Shown here one piece after another: positions 18,968 to 28,671 of a DNA stretch of 64,000 bases. The stretch is from Candidatus Obscuribacteraceae bacterium (GTDB lineage Bacteria; Cyanobacteriota; Vampirovibrionia; Obscuribacterales; Obscuribacteraceae): positions 736,001 to 800,000 of the forward strand of contig JBGAHS010000001.1 in assembly GCA_044226015.1 (NCBI GenBank). Reading direction: 5' to 3'. How positions within the stretch are numbered: position 1 is the stretch's first letter; each line of letters begins with the position of its first letter. The position numbers were made by a program, and so were the translations under genes. The notes under the pieces are model-generated. The model was not told the DNA's origin, ran no database searches, and saw only the letters and a list, made by a program, of their open reading frames with translations.

Positions 18968-19144
18968 TCAATTCGCAAGTGCGCGGGGCCCGTTCCAACG
19001 AGGATCGCACACATAGTCGCTCATAATGTAATGGCAGCTGCCAGCTAATAGATACTTGCTTTCAAAAATAGACCCAAAGCCCAAAAAACAAAAAAAAGCT
19101 ATCACGACAAATGGCCAGAACCGGACTATTTCTGAATGACGCAT
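18968..19144 (-). CDS. Small 58-aa membrane/secreted protein convergent with Rhs tip 2
   Basis: Hand translation: MRHSEIVRFWPFVVIAFFCFLGFGSIFESKYLLAGSCHYIMSDYVCDPRWNGPRALAN*. Hydrophobic N-terminus; stop lies 2 bp from the Rhs stop; below the ORF-track size cutoff. Confidence 0.45.
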   Translation of the reverse strand: MRHSEIVRFWPFVVIAFFCFLGFGSIFESKYLLAGSCHYIMSDYVCDPRWNGPRALAN

Positions 19145-19260
19145 CTTATCTCATCTCTTACATAAATAAGAGCATTATACAAAATTTTACCAGATGAGCA
19201 ATCGTAACTCTACGTCTTTATCGTCGATACCAAACGCCAGGTGATGCCCTTCTCTCGACT

Positions 19261-22200
19261 TTTGGCGAAACGCCGGATTTGACAGAGACGACGTTTGGCT
19301 ATGTCAATATGGATGGAACGATAACCTTCCAGAATCCGCAGAAACAAACATGGAATTTCAATACCGATGGAACGATCCACACTTACGTGGATCCAGCTGG
19401 AGTGACAGTCACCTGGACATATTCATCTGGCAAGCTCACTTCGGTTAGTAACGGACTGGGCCGAACCCTTACGCTAAGCTATACAGGCGACCGGCTGAGT
19501 TCTGTGACAGATGGCAATGATCGCTCAGTTTCTTTTGAGCTGGACCCCGACAAGAATCTAGTCGCTTTCACTGATACTGAAGACAACACGATAAGCTATC
19601 AGTATTCAGCACCGGGGCTCTTGTCTCAGATCTTCTTGCCTGCGAATCCGACTGTGGCGGTGATGACCAACACCTATGATTCATTGAATCGAGTGAAAAC
19701 GCAATCTGGTTCAAACACGGGCACCTCAGAATATTTCTTTGCTGGTTCGCGCTCGGAGGAAGTGGATCCCTTAGGCAACAGCCATGTGATGTACAACAAT
19801 GAGCTGGGGTCGGTAGTTCGTTCAATCAATGCTTTGGAGCAAGAGACGAGCTTTGAGTTTGATGGGCTGAACCGCCAGACTAAGGTGACCTTGCCTGAAG
19901 GCAACTACACGGAAATGACCTATGATGACAATAACAACGTTCTCACGATAACCAATGTCGCAAAGCCTGGCAGTGGGCTGAGTAACATTGTGCAGACAAT
20001 GGAGTACGACCCGGACTAGAATAAACAATCTTCTTACACAGATGGCAATGGAAACACAACGACATTCGAATATGACGAGACTCAAGGGACTCTGCTCACG
20101 ATAAGCAGACCTGAAGTAGACTCGGAAACTCCGATCGTGACTTTCACCTACAACGCTAGAGGGCAGGTTCTCACACGGACAGATGAAACTGGAATAGTCG
20201 ATAAATTTGAATATGATACTGCCACCGAAGTGCTGCAGAATTCAATTCATGACTTTGGCACTGGGCAGCTCAATCTCACTACAGCATTCGACTACGACGA
20301 CATTGGAAATGCGACGAGCGTAACGGATCCGAACGGAAATACCACGAGCTTTGATTTTGATAACGAGCGCAGAATGATTCAGCAGACGGATCCCTCACCG
20401 TTTGGCTTTGTCACTAACTGGAATTACGATGAAAATGGGTGGAGAATCGCCTTTGAAAAGCAGACCGGTGATGAGGCAAAGCCCTTTCAAACATGGCAAT
20501 GGATCTACCAGGAGAATGGCTCTGTAAAATCGACAATTGACCCAGCGAACAATGCCACCACTTTTGAATACAACACAAATAACTGGTTAACAAAACGAAC
20601 TGATGCTGAGAATCGAGTCTGGTCCTACGGCTACGATGAACTAGGCAGAATCAGCACCGTGACCGACCCGCTTTTGCAGGTTTCAGAAACACGCACCTAC
20701 ACAGAGAACGGCTTGCTTGCCTCGCTAACAGACGCAAACTCCAACACGACAAGCTATGAGTTTGACGGTTTCGACCGCCTGGACAAGAGAATCTATCCAG
20801 ATGGCACGTTCGAACAGAATTCTGTTTATGACGAAAATGGGAATGTGCTCACCTATGTCACGCGTGCTGGCAGTGTAGATATGTCGCCGAGCCCTGGCGA
20901 CATAATTGTGAGCACCTTTGACCCGCTCAACAGGCTGAGCACGAAGCAGCCGGGATTGCTAGCTCTGCAGACCATGACCTATGATTTGGCCGGTAGATTG
21001 TTGAATATCAACACGCCGACCGACCCTGATGACCCTACCAGTGGTGACTATGGCTACGATTATGATTCTGCAGGAAGGCTGATTGAGCAGAGCATGCCTG
21101 ATGCGAAGGCTGTCGCTTACGAACTGGACGACAACGGCAACAGGACGAAGCTGATTTATCCAGATGGATATTATGCATCTTATTTTTACGATGAGTTGAA
21201 TCGCCTTACGGACATCAAGCTCAACGGAAGCGGCGCGGCAGCTGTCCATTTTGACTACGATGATCTCTCCAGGCGAACTCTTGTCACTTATGAGAATGGC
21301 TGCACGTGCGACTATGCCTATGCAATCAATGATGATTTGACGGCACTGAATCAAGAGTTCACCGGAAGCGCTGTGAACTTCGCTTACAGCTACAACAAAG
21401 TGCACCAGGCGATTGCCATGTCTTGCAGCAACAAGGCTTTCGTTTGGACTCCAGGTGCATCTGCCACCACTGTGTATTCCGCTGCGAACAACCTCAATCA
21501 GTACCGCTCAGTTGCGGGCACCGGATATTCTTACAACAAAAATGGCTGCTTGACAGGCGGACCTTTCACTAGTGCCAGCTACGATGTTTTGAATCGAATG
21601 ACGCAAGTCACCGCAGGCAGTGTCACTAACGATTACATCTACGATCCGACCAACAGGCAAGCGCAAAAATCATCTAATGGTGTTGCGACTAGCTTCCTTT
21701 ACGACGGACAGCAAATGATTGAGGAATACGATAACGAAGGACTGCTTGCGAATCGCTACATTCGCGGCAACCGTCTCGACGAGATTTTTATCAAGATTTC
21801 TGGCTCTACCAAGACTTACCTGCACCATGATAGGCTAGGATCAGTGATTGCTCAGACTGATGATTCAGGTGCTGTCTTGAACCGGTACAAATACGGACCA
21901 TTCGGAGAGACGCCAAGCTTGACGGGAACGCCGTTTGGCTATACCGGGCAACGCTATGATTCTGAAGTGAACTTGTACAACTACAAGGCAAGGATGTATT
22001 CGCCCAGAATAGGCAGATTTCCTCAACCAGATCCCATTGGTACTGCTGGCGGTATTAATCTTTATGCGTACGTGAACAACGATGCTGTAAATTTAATGGA
22101 TTCGGAGGGGCTTTTAGCCGGGACCGGTGGAAACGACTCTCCACACGGATCCCCCATTGCGCCATACGGAAGAGACGCCCTATTGGCTTACGATGGAGCT

Positions 22201-22614
22201 TCTTCACAACCGGATAGAAATAACAATCGGTTACAGCCGTCCGTTCGCTATTCACCAAACTTTTCCAACAAGGGGACGGTGCCAAGATACTATGATTCCA
22301 ATGCTCCTGAAGGAAAAATCGATGTTGGTTCTGGCAACTGGTCAAGAGATGTGCGTGGACAAATCCTGTACCACACTGATCCACGTACCGGTGATATTGA
22401 CATTATTCAAGACAGGAGTGGTGCTGATAAGCGAAGAAATTATCAAGGACCACCGGCAATGGTGCCTTATGAACAACCGCTAGGACCACCACTTCCTAAG
22501 CAGCAACGATTCCTCATCGATCAACCTGTAATGAATCTCAATCCCTTTAGAGGAATTTCCACTGAGCAAAGTATTCCTTCAACAATCTACGGTCATATTA
22601 GAAATTGGGTATGA
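19261..22614 (+). pseudogene. Rhs cassette 3: longest Rhs core, split by an in-frame TAG at 20017-20019, with a unique tip
   Basis: ORFs 19279-20019 and 20137-22614 are in the same frame and the gap reads YDPD*NKQSSYTDGNGNTTTFEYDE without interruption. Core ends at DSEGL. Confidence 0.85.
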
Positions 22615-22648
22615 AGCAGCTTCAATAAACCTTAGTTGGCTTGGCTCA

Positions 22649-23116
22649 TTATTCAATTCGTTTTGGATACGAATCAGCATCTCCTACATAGCGATGGAAA
22701 TCCGATGAAGTCAGATTTTTTTTCCTCGGAATAAATTTGTCCGTTTTGTTAACTGCCTCTGTCCCGCAGAGACTGACTAACTGTTTTCGTATTGAGAATA
22801 GTCTGGAAAAATTGGAGGAGTCCCGATTCTCGTGCAAGGCTAGAATTCTTGACACCCAATCTTTTCGATCAGGGATATTTTCGATATCTGCAATAGAATT
22901 TAGAGAGGATTTGTAATCACTGTATATGGAGTATAGGAGGCGGACCTCTTCAGCTTGCTGAGGTTTGCTGCTCGTAAGTTGTCTCATCCCTTTACTTAAA
23001 ATCCGTAGCGATGGTTCCACATTGTCTTTGCCAGCACATGGTGAGAAAGATGCTCCATATATTGCTGTGTAAATCATCAGTTTATAGGCAAAACGCATAG
23101 AGTTATTCACTTTCAT
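22649..23116 (-). CDS. Hypothetical, possibly exported protein convergent with Rhs tip 3 (candidate immunity)
   Basis: 155-aa AT-rich ORF with purine-rich GGAGAAAAGAGG upstream of the ATG and a signal-like N-terminus. Confidence 0.6.
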   Translation of the reverse strand: MKVNNSMRFAYKLMIYTAIYGASFSPCAGKDNVEPSLRILSKGMRQLTSSKPQQAEEVRLLYSIYSDYKSSLNSIADIENIPDRKDWVSRILALHENRDSSNFSRLFSIRKQLVSLCGTEAVNKTDKFIPRKKNLTSSDFHRYVGDADSYPKRIE

Positions 23117-23372
23117 ACCTCTTTTCTCCAGTATATCCCTGAAACGTCCAGACCAATAGCGTTTATTCTCCGTAATTTTGCCCTTTTAAAGTATATTTTT
23201 TTGATTTATCTTCGTCTGATTTTATCCATTGGATGAGCACTGAATGCATGCTCTCGGCGAAAGTTTTGTCTCCCACCCCAGATGGACGTAAGCCATGTTC
23301 ATGCAGCTTGGAAGGCTAATGCGTGCATTTTTGCACAGTTTATTCCTGCTAATTCTCCTTTAGATTATTGAC

Positions 23373-23657
23373 ATGGGGATTGCAGGAATTGCTGAGAGGG
23401 TTGAACAAATGATTGAGAATGAAGCCGATTTGGCCAAAAATATTCAAACGCTTCGTGATACCTGCGGTGAATTTAAGCAGAGTGATGAAGCGTGCTTTAA
23501 AGCCATGAACGAAGTAATGGAGTTCATGAAAAAAGAAGGACCCCTGCAAACGCAAATCCGCGAAAGAGATCTTATCTCCGTCGACAAAAATTCGATCAGC
23601 TTTCCAACAACGCTTTACCCGGGCGGCACTCTATCGCGCGGCATTGAGAAGAAGTAA
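23373..23657 (+). CDS. Hypothetical protein (94 aa)
   Basis: ATG start and helical-looking sequence; its stop abuts the stop of the convergent TPR gene. Confidence 0.55.
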   Translation: MGIAGIAERVEQMIENEADLAKNIQTLRDTCGEFKQSDEACFKAMNEVMEFMKKEGPLQTQIRERDLISVDKNSISFPTTLYPGGTLSRGIEKK

Positions 23658-24869
23658 CTAAAAGTTTTTCTGCTTCTCAGTAGCTTTGTTTAACCACTCC
23701 TGGCAATCAGGAAATTTGTGTTCCATTGCATCGCACTTCATGCAGTCACCAAATTGTTTGATTGAATTTTTCAGAGAATCAAGCGCGAAATAATACCTGC
23801 CGAGCCAGAAATGAACTGCCGCATCATACGGGTTCTTCTCCAGTGCTTTGGCTAGATTGTTCAGGCAACCTGAATAGTCTTTGTCTTCGAAGTTGAGAAT
23901 TCCAAGATTCAGATAAGCGTCATAGCTTGATGGGTCGAGATCCAAAACCTTCTCCAACTCTTCTTTGCACTTTGTTTTGTCGCCTTTCTCTTTTGCGATC
24001 AAAGCAAGTTTGCAAAGCACAACAGGGTCTTTCGAATTCACCGCTAAAGCTTTCTTGTAAAAATCGACTGCTTTGTCCAGGTCTCCTGCGTCCTTTGAAA
24101 TATCGCCAACCCGCCAGAAGCAGTCTGTTCTTGCAGGGTCTTCTTTCAATACTTGTTCGAATTGTTGAATCGCTTCATCGTTTTTTTTCTCAAATTGCAA
24201 CACGCAAGCGAGGTTGAATCGCGCTTCAATAAATTTTGGTTTTAGCTCAAGCGCCTTTTTGTATTCGGTTTCAGCCTTCTCAAGGTCTTGCAATTGTTGC
24301 GAACAAAATGCAAGGTTGTTGTGCGCTTCAGCATAGTCGGGGTCTTTTTCTACGATTTGGTCGAGCAGTTCTGCTGCTTCTTTGTATTTGCCTAAACGTT
24401 GATAGCTGGCTGCGACCCAGTTTTCTATTGCCGTGTTGTTATTGCTCAGTTCGAGTGCCTTTTGAAAGGTTGCTAGCGCTTCCTGATACTTACTTTTTTT
24501 GAAAAGCTCAACGCCCTGATTGAGAAGTGTCGAGCAAGCTGGGTCGAGAGGTTTTGACTCAACTCGAGAGCCACCAGGGTGGCTGGGTGTTGGTCCTGTG
24601 CTTCCCGCGGTGCCGCTGGCTGACCCCGCAGCTCCTGCTGCTGACCCCGCAGCTCCTGCTGCTGCTCCTGCTGTTGACCCCGCAGCTACTCCTGCTGCTG
24701 TCGTGGAGCTTGCAGCTGCCGCCGGTTTAGCGGTGCCCGCTGCCGAAGCTGCTGGTTTTGTTCCAGCTGCCGCTGCTGCGTCTGCTGCATTCGCCTGCAG
24801 ATGGTTTGCCTGTGAGAGCAAAGAAATTACTGATGCTAACAATATCTTCTTACTATTGATTCGCTTCAT
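23658..24869 (-). CDS. Exported tetratricopeptide-repeat protein with Ala/Gly-rich linker
   Basis: Signal-like MKRINSKKILLASVISLL (ATG 24869; ORF to 24935), a 21-bp tandem coding repeat near 24619-24660, and about 8 TPRs (e.g. AEAHNNLAFCSQQLQDLEKAETEYKKALELKP). Confidence 0.85.
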   Translation of the reverse strand: MKRINSKKILLASVISLLSQANHLQANAADAAAAAGTKPAASAAGTAKPAAAASSTTAAGVAAGSTAGAAAGAAGSAAGAAGSASGTAGSTGPTPSHPGGSRVESKPLDPACSTLLNQGVELFKKSKYQEALATFQKALELSNNNTAIENWVAASYQRLGKYKEAAELLDQIVEKDPDYAEAHNNLAFCSQQLQDLEKAETEYKKALELKPKFIEARFNLACVLQFEKKNDEAIQQFEQVLKEDPARTDCFWRVGDISKDAGDLDKAVDFYKKALAVNSKDPVVLCKLALIAKEKGDKTKCKEELEKVLDLDPSSYDAYLNLGILNFEDKDYSGCLNNLAKALEKNPYDAAVHFWLGRYYFALDSLKNSIKQFGDCMKCDAMEHKFPDCQEWLNKATEKQKNF

Positions 24870-25135
24870 GCTTGTCTTTCTCTCCTCCGCGCTAACTGGT
24901 TCGCGCTTGCATTCGCTGACACAATTCGTTTGCAACGCGTTAATAAACAGACATTTCCAGCAAGCTGGATGTTCCTTTATTTAGTTTCCACAAAAGTACC
25001 CTTGGCATGCCACGGCAGTCACGGTATGTCGATTTATTAAGATGGGATCCCCTACGCTCGGAGGTTTAGGGTAGGCTTCATAAAATACAGAGCGCGACCC
25101 GAATTCGTCCGGGTCCGACGATCTTATCTAAGGCA

Positions 25136-26032
25136 ATGGATGCCCTGATTTTGAACCCACGAGAAGACGGAACATACAGCAGTCCTGCGCACCTGACTTC
25201 AGAAACTTGGGTGGATTTCGAATTGCGGGCGGCTTTGAGCTTGCTTCGAACGATGGAATCTGAGCTCAAGAAGCTAAAGTTGCGCCTCATCAAAGAACGT
25301 GTGCACAAGTCTCGGGTCTCGCTTCGTCGCTGGTACTCGATTTGGGGCTTTCTGGCTGAGGATGGTTGGGAAGAAAAGAAGTTCAAAAAGAAGGTGTTGA
25401 CGCCCCTGCGCGAGTTTTTGCGTGAGCTTGGGCAACTGCGAGACTGCGATGTCAACATGGAAACGAGCGAAAAGCTCGATTGCGATGTGGCTACGCTGGA
25501 AGAGTTTCAAGCAGAGCGGAAGGTTTTGAAGGCTCGAATAGAAAAGTCGCTAGCAGAGCTCGACCCGCCTAAGCTCTGTTCTCAGATAGAGAATTACCTC
25601 TTAGAAAAGGCTGAAGACCTTCGAGAACAGATGAATTTGTCTCCAAACGCTGACCATAGCGCCTTTTCGCATTTCGATGTCTATCTTGCCGCTCATGAAG
25701 AGGTCGTAAGGAAGCTGGTAGAGCGAGCTTCCACGCCTGAGTCATTGCACAAGCTGCGGCTGGCGATTAAAAAGTGGCGATACTTATTGACTGAATGTAT
25801 GGGCTTGACCAATCTTGAGCTGGTTAAAGCGCAGACTCTCCTGGGCGAAATTCATGATTTTGACCGGCTTGAGCCAACGCTTGAAATGCAAAACGACTCG
25901 TCAGGTGCACTTTTGCGATTGAGACTGCAACGAGACAGTCTGGTAAGAGAGTTTGAAGAGCTTAAAAACAGTCTTCCTTTCGGTTTGCGACCTGGAAACA
26001 TTTCCTATCCAGCAGCTCTGGAAAATCGCTAG
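25136..26032 (+). CDS. CHAD domain protein (polyphosphate-binding family)
   Basis: VHKSRVSLRRW, LGQLRDCDV, LHKLRLAIKKWRYLLTE and QTLLGEIHD are CHAD motifs. Confidence 0.85.
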   Translation: MDALILNPREDGTYSSPAHLTSETWVDFELRAALSLLRTMESELKKLKLRLIKERVHKSRVSLRRWYSIWGFLAEDGWEEKKFKKKVLTPLREFLRELGQLRDCDVNMETSEKLDCDVATLEEFQAERKVLKARIEKSLAELDPPKLCSQIENYLLEKAEDLREQMNLSPNADHSAFSHFDVYLAAHEEVVRKLVERASTPESLHKLRLAIKKWRYLLTECMGLTNLELVKAQTLLGEIHDFDRLEPTLEMQNDSSGALLRLRLQRDSLVREFEELKNSLPFGLRPGNISYPAALENR

Positions 26033-26217
26033 TTTTAGATGATTAATTTCAAATGTCCATATTTAGAACTAAGGCGCTCTGAGAACTTAGAATTGAGAAT
26101 GACAGATGTGGATATATACTTGATAGCATCTGTTTTTTAGCAAAACTGTGTTCTTGCCTGTCACGGCAAGAATTAAGTCTTCGGCTCAAAGAGTCGAGAC
26201 AGAGGTGAGAGGACACA

Positions 26218-27222
26218 ATGGCCATACGCAAGAAGGTGACAATTTTGGGATCTGGCGCTGCTGGACTGACTGCAGCCATTTATGCTGCAAGAGCTAGCCT
26301 TGAGCCCCTGGTCATTCAAGGCTTGCAGACTGGTGGTCAATTGACAATCACCACAGATGTCGAGAACTTCCCAGGTTTTCCTAACGGAATACTCGGACCA
26401 ACTCTGATGGAAGAGATGCTGAAGCAAGCGGAGCGTTTCGGCACGCAATTCATTTATGACAACGCTGAGTCGGTAGACCTTTCGCAGCGCCCCTTCGTGA
26501 TTAAGACAAGCGGCGAAGAGATTCACACTGACACACTCATCGTGTGCACTGGTGCCTCGGCAAAATGGCTCGGACTGGAGTCAGAGCAAAAGCTGATGGG
26601 GCATGGCGTTTCTGCCTGTGCTACCTGTGACGCTTTCTTCTTCAAAGAGAAGGAAGTGTTCGTCATTGGCGGCGGCGACACAGCGCTTGAAGAAGCTGTG
26701 TTTTTGACGCGATTTGCGTCGGTGGTAAACCTTGTTCACCGCCGTGATTCATTCCGCGCATCGAAGATTATGGCTGATCGCGCGCAGAATAATCCCAAAA
26801 TCAAATTCTTCCTCAACACAGTCGTAGAAGACATTCTTGATGTGAGCAAGGGCGAAGTTACGGCTATCAGATTGAAAAATTTGAATACGAACAAAGTAGA
26901 GGAATATCCTGCTGATGGTGTGTTTATCGCTATTGGGCACCATCCTAATTCCGATTTGTTCAAGGACCAGCTCAAGCTGAACGCCAATGGTTACATCGAG
27001 ACCGATGGCGTTAAGACCAGCGTGCCTGGTGTGTTCGCCGCTGGCGATGTTCAAGATGAAACTTACAAACAAGCTGTCACCGCTGCTGGTACCGGATGTG
27101 CTGCAGCGCTTGAGGCTCAATGGTATTTAGAGCGTCTGGAAGCTGGCGAAGGCACTCAAAAAAAAACTGAGTTGAGCGATACTGGTAGTCAGCAGAGAGC
27201 CGCAGCAGCAGTGCACGATTAA
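26218..27222 (+). CDS. trxB: Thioredoxin-disulfide reductase
   Basis: ILGSGAAGLTAAIY, GGQL, SACATCD, VIGGGDTA, VHRR and GVFAAGDVQD motifs. Confidence 0.95.
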   Translation: MAIRKKVTILGSGAAGLTAAIYAARASLEPLVIQGLQTGGQLTITTDVENFPGFPNGILGPTLMEEMLKQAERFGTQFIYDNAESVDLSQRPFVIKTSGEEIHTDTLIVCTGASAKWLGLESEQKLMGHGVSACATCDAFFFKEKEVFVIGGGDTALEEAVFLTRFASVVNLVHRRDSFRASKIMADRAQNNPKIKFFLNTVVEDILDVSKGEVTAIRLKNLNTNKVEEYPADGVFIAIGHHPNSDLFKDQLKLNANGYIETDGVKTSVPGVFAAGDVQDETYKQAVTAAGTGCAAALEAQWYLERLEAGEGTQKKTELSDTGSQQRAAAAVHD

Positions 27223-27237
27223 CGTGCTGGTGGGCTG

Positions 27238-27993
27238 ATGTCGTCAGAACTTCGAGTTGCGAATCCAGATTCGCGTGAGTCTAAGTACTCGCACGATGAA
27301 CGACGCCGCAATGAAATTTGTGCGCATCTCAGGGCGATAGCGGAGAGGCATCCGTGCTCAAGCCATCCTCTTTTTGATTATCTTGAAAAAAATGAACTGA
27401 GCAATCGGCAGGTTGCTGCTTTGTTGCGGAACTATGATGCACACGCTTCTGTGCTGCGAAGATTCCTCTTAAATGCTGCAGCGATTATGCCTGAGTTTGC
27501 GGTGCCATTTGTTCTCGAAAATGTGCGCAATGAATATGGAAACGGCGACTATTCCAAAAATCATCAGGACCAGCTTCGCGACCTGGTTTGGGCAAGTGGA
27601 ATTAGTCGTGATGAGTACTTCTCCTGTAAAATCGAAAAAGGTGTGTCCGATTTCTTGCGCGACGCCGCGAAGTTTTATTCGCCCCGTCGGCACAATCTCG
27701 GCGGCAAGTTCAAGCCTGCTGCTGTAGTTGCTGGAGCTATCTCGGCTACTGAAATTCTTGCTATTAAGGAATTTGCCTTCATTCAAAAACCGTTTTTTAA
27801 GCGCGGGCTAGAGCACCACATATGGTTTCATCATGTATTCATCGAGGCAGAACACACAGATGAATCACTCGAACTTGCACTGTGCTTCATGGATAGTGCC
27901 AACGGAATGAAGTCAGTTGAGCATGGACTGAACGGTGTCTTAGATGCCAATCTTCATTTGTATGATGGACTGCTTTCTTCTCTTGATTTCTAA
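27238..27993 (+). CDS. Heme-oxygenase-like diiron (iron-containing redox enzyme; PqqC/CADD-like) protein
   Basis: N-terminal HPLF, ENVRNE-x9-H, a mid-protein ATE and C-terminal WFHHVFIEAEH metal-ligand pattern. Confidence 0.72.
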   Translation: MSSELRVANPDSRESKYSHDERRRNEICAHLRAIAERHPCSSHPLFDYLEKNELSNRQVAALLRNYDAHASVLRRFLLNAAAIMPEFAVPFVLENVRNEYGNGDYSKNHQDQLRDLVWASGISRDEYFSCKIEKGVSDFLRDAAKFYSPRRHNLGGKFKPAAVVAGAISATEILAIKEFAFIQKPFFKRGLEHHIWFHHVFIEAEHTDESLELALCFMDSANGMKSVEHGLNGVLDANLHLYDGLLSSLDF

Positions 27994-28028
27994 ATCGACT
28001 ACAGCTTGTATAATGAACAAATCATTGG

Positions 28029-28658
28029 ATGCGAGGTTTCGAAATGGGCAACGGGGTAGTAAAGAGTTTCGTTCTGGTCGCTGCTTTGAGCATGATTGGC
28101 TCCTCGGCGTTCGCTGAAGATGCAGCAATGGCTAAGGGTATGGAGCTGGTAGCCAAGAAATCTTGGGCTGAAGCAATTACTTCATTTGATGAGTCGATTA
28201 AGGCTGATGCAAAAAATTCAGAAGCTTATCTTGAAAGAGCTCTCTGCAATTTCCACCTGGGCAATTACTCGAAGGTGGTCGAAGACTGTAAACAAGTTAC
28301 AGAGCACGATTCGGCGCATGCAGTTTCAAAAAGACAGGCTTACATGATGATGTCTGGCGCATTGAATGCTCAGAACAAGTTCGAGGAAGCTATCGCCAGC
28401 TGCAACAAGGCTCTGGAACTGTCACCAAAAAATTCACTCGTTTATGACGATCGCGGTTTTGCTTATTTGCGATTGAACAAGCTTGAAGAGGCCCTCAAAG
28501 ATAGCAATGACGCGATTAAATATGACCCCAAGCATGCCGGAAGTTATGAGCTTCGCGCTGCGGTCTACAAGGCTCTATCGCTTAGAGATTCGGCTAAGTA
28601 CAAAGAGCTGATGGACGGAAAAAATCCCAACGAAAAGCCCTGGGAAAAGAAAAAGTAA
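28029..28658 (+). CDS. Exported TPR protein
   Basis: Signal peptide (FVLVAALSMIGSSAFA) and TPR motifs (AYLERALCNFHLG, VYDDRGFAYLRL). Confidence 0.85.
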   Translation: MRGFEMGNGVVKSFVLVAALSMIGSSAFAEDAAMAKGMELVAKKSWAEAITSFDESIKADAKNSEAYLERALCNFHLGNYSKVVEDCKQVTEHDSAHAVSKRQAYMMMSGALNAQNKFEEAIASCNKALELSPKNSLVYDDRGFAYLRLNKLEEALKDSNDAIKYDPKHAGSYELRAAVYKALSLRDSAKYKELMDGKNPNEKPWEKKK

Positions 28659-28671
28659 GCACTCGTAATTT

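Noticed and set aside
20017..20019. Genome-wide TAG recoding
   Set aside because: TAG ends several clearly complete genes in this window (8153, 11190, 26032, 29853), so a point mutation is the simpler explanation.
13953..23370. Prophage, IS element or integrative element
   Set aside because: No integrase, transposase, terminal inverted repeats or flanking tRNA were recognised.
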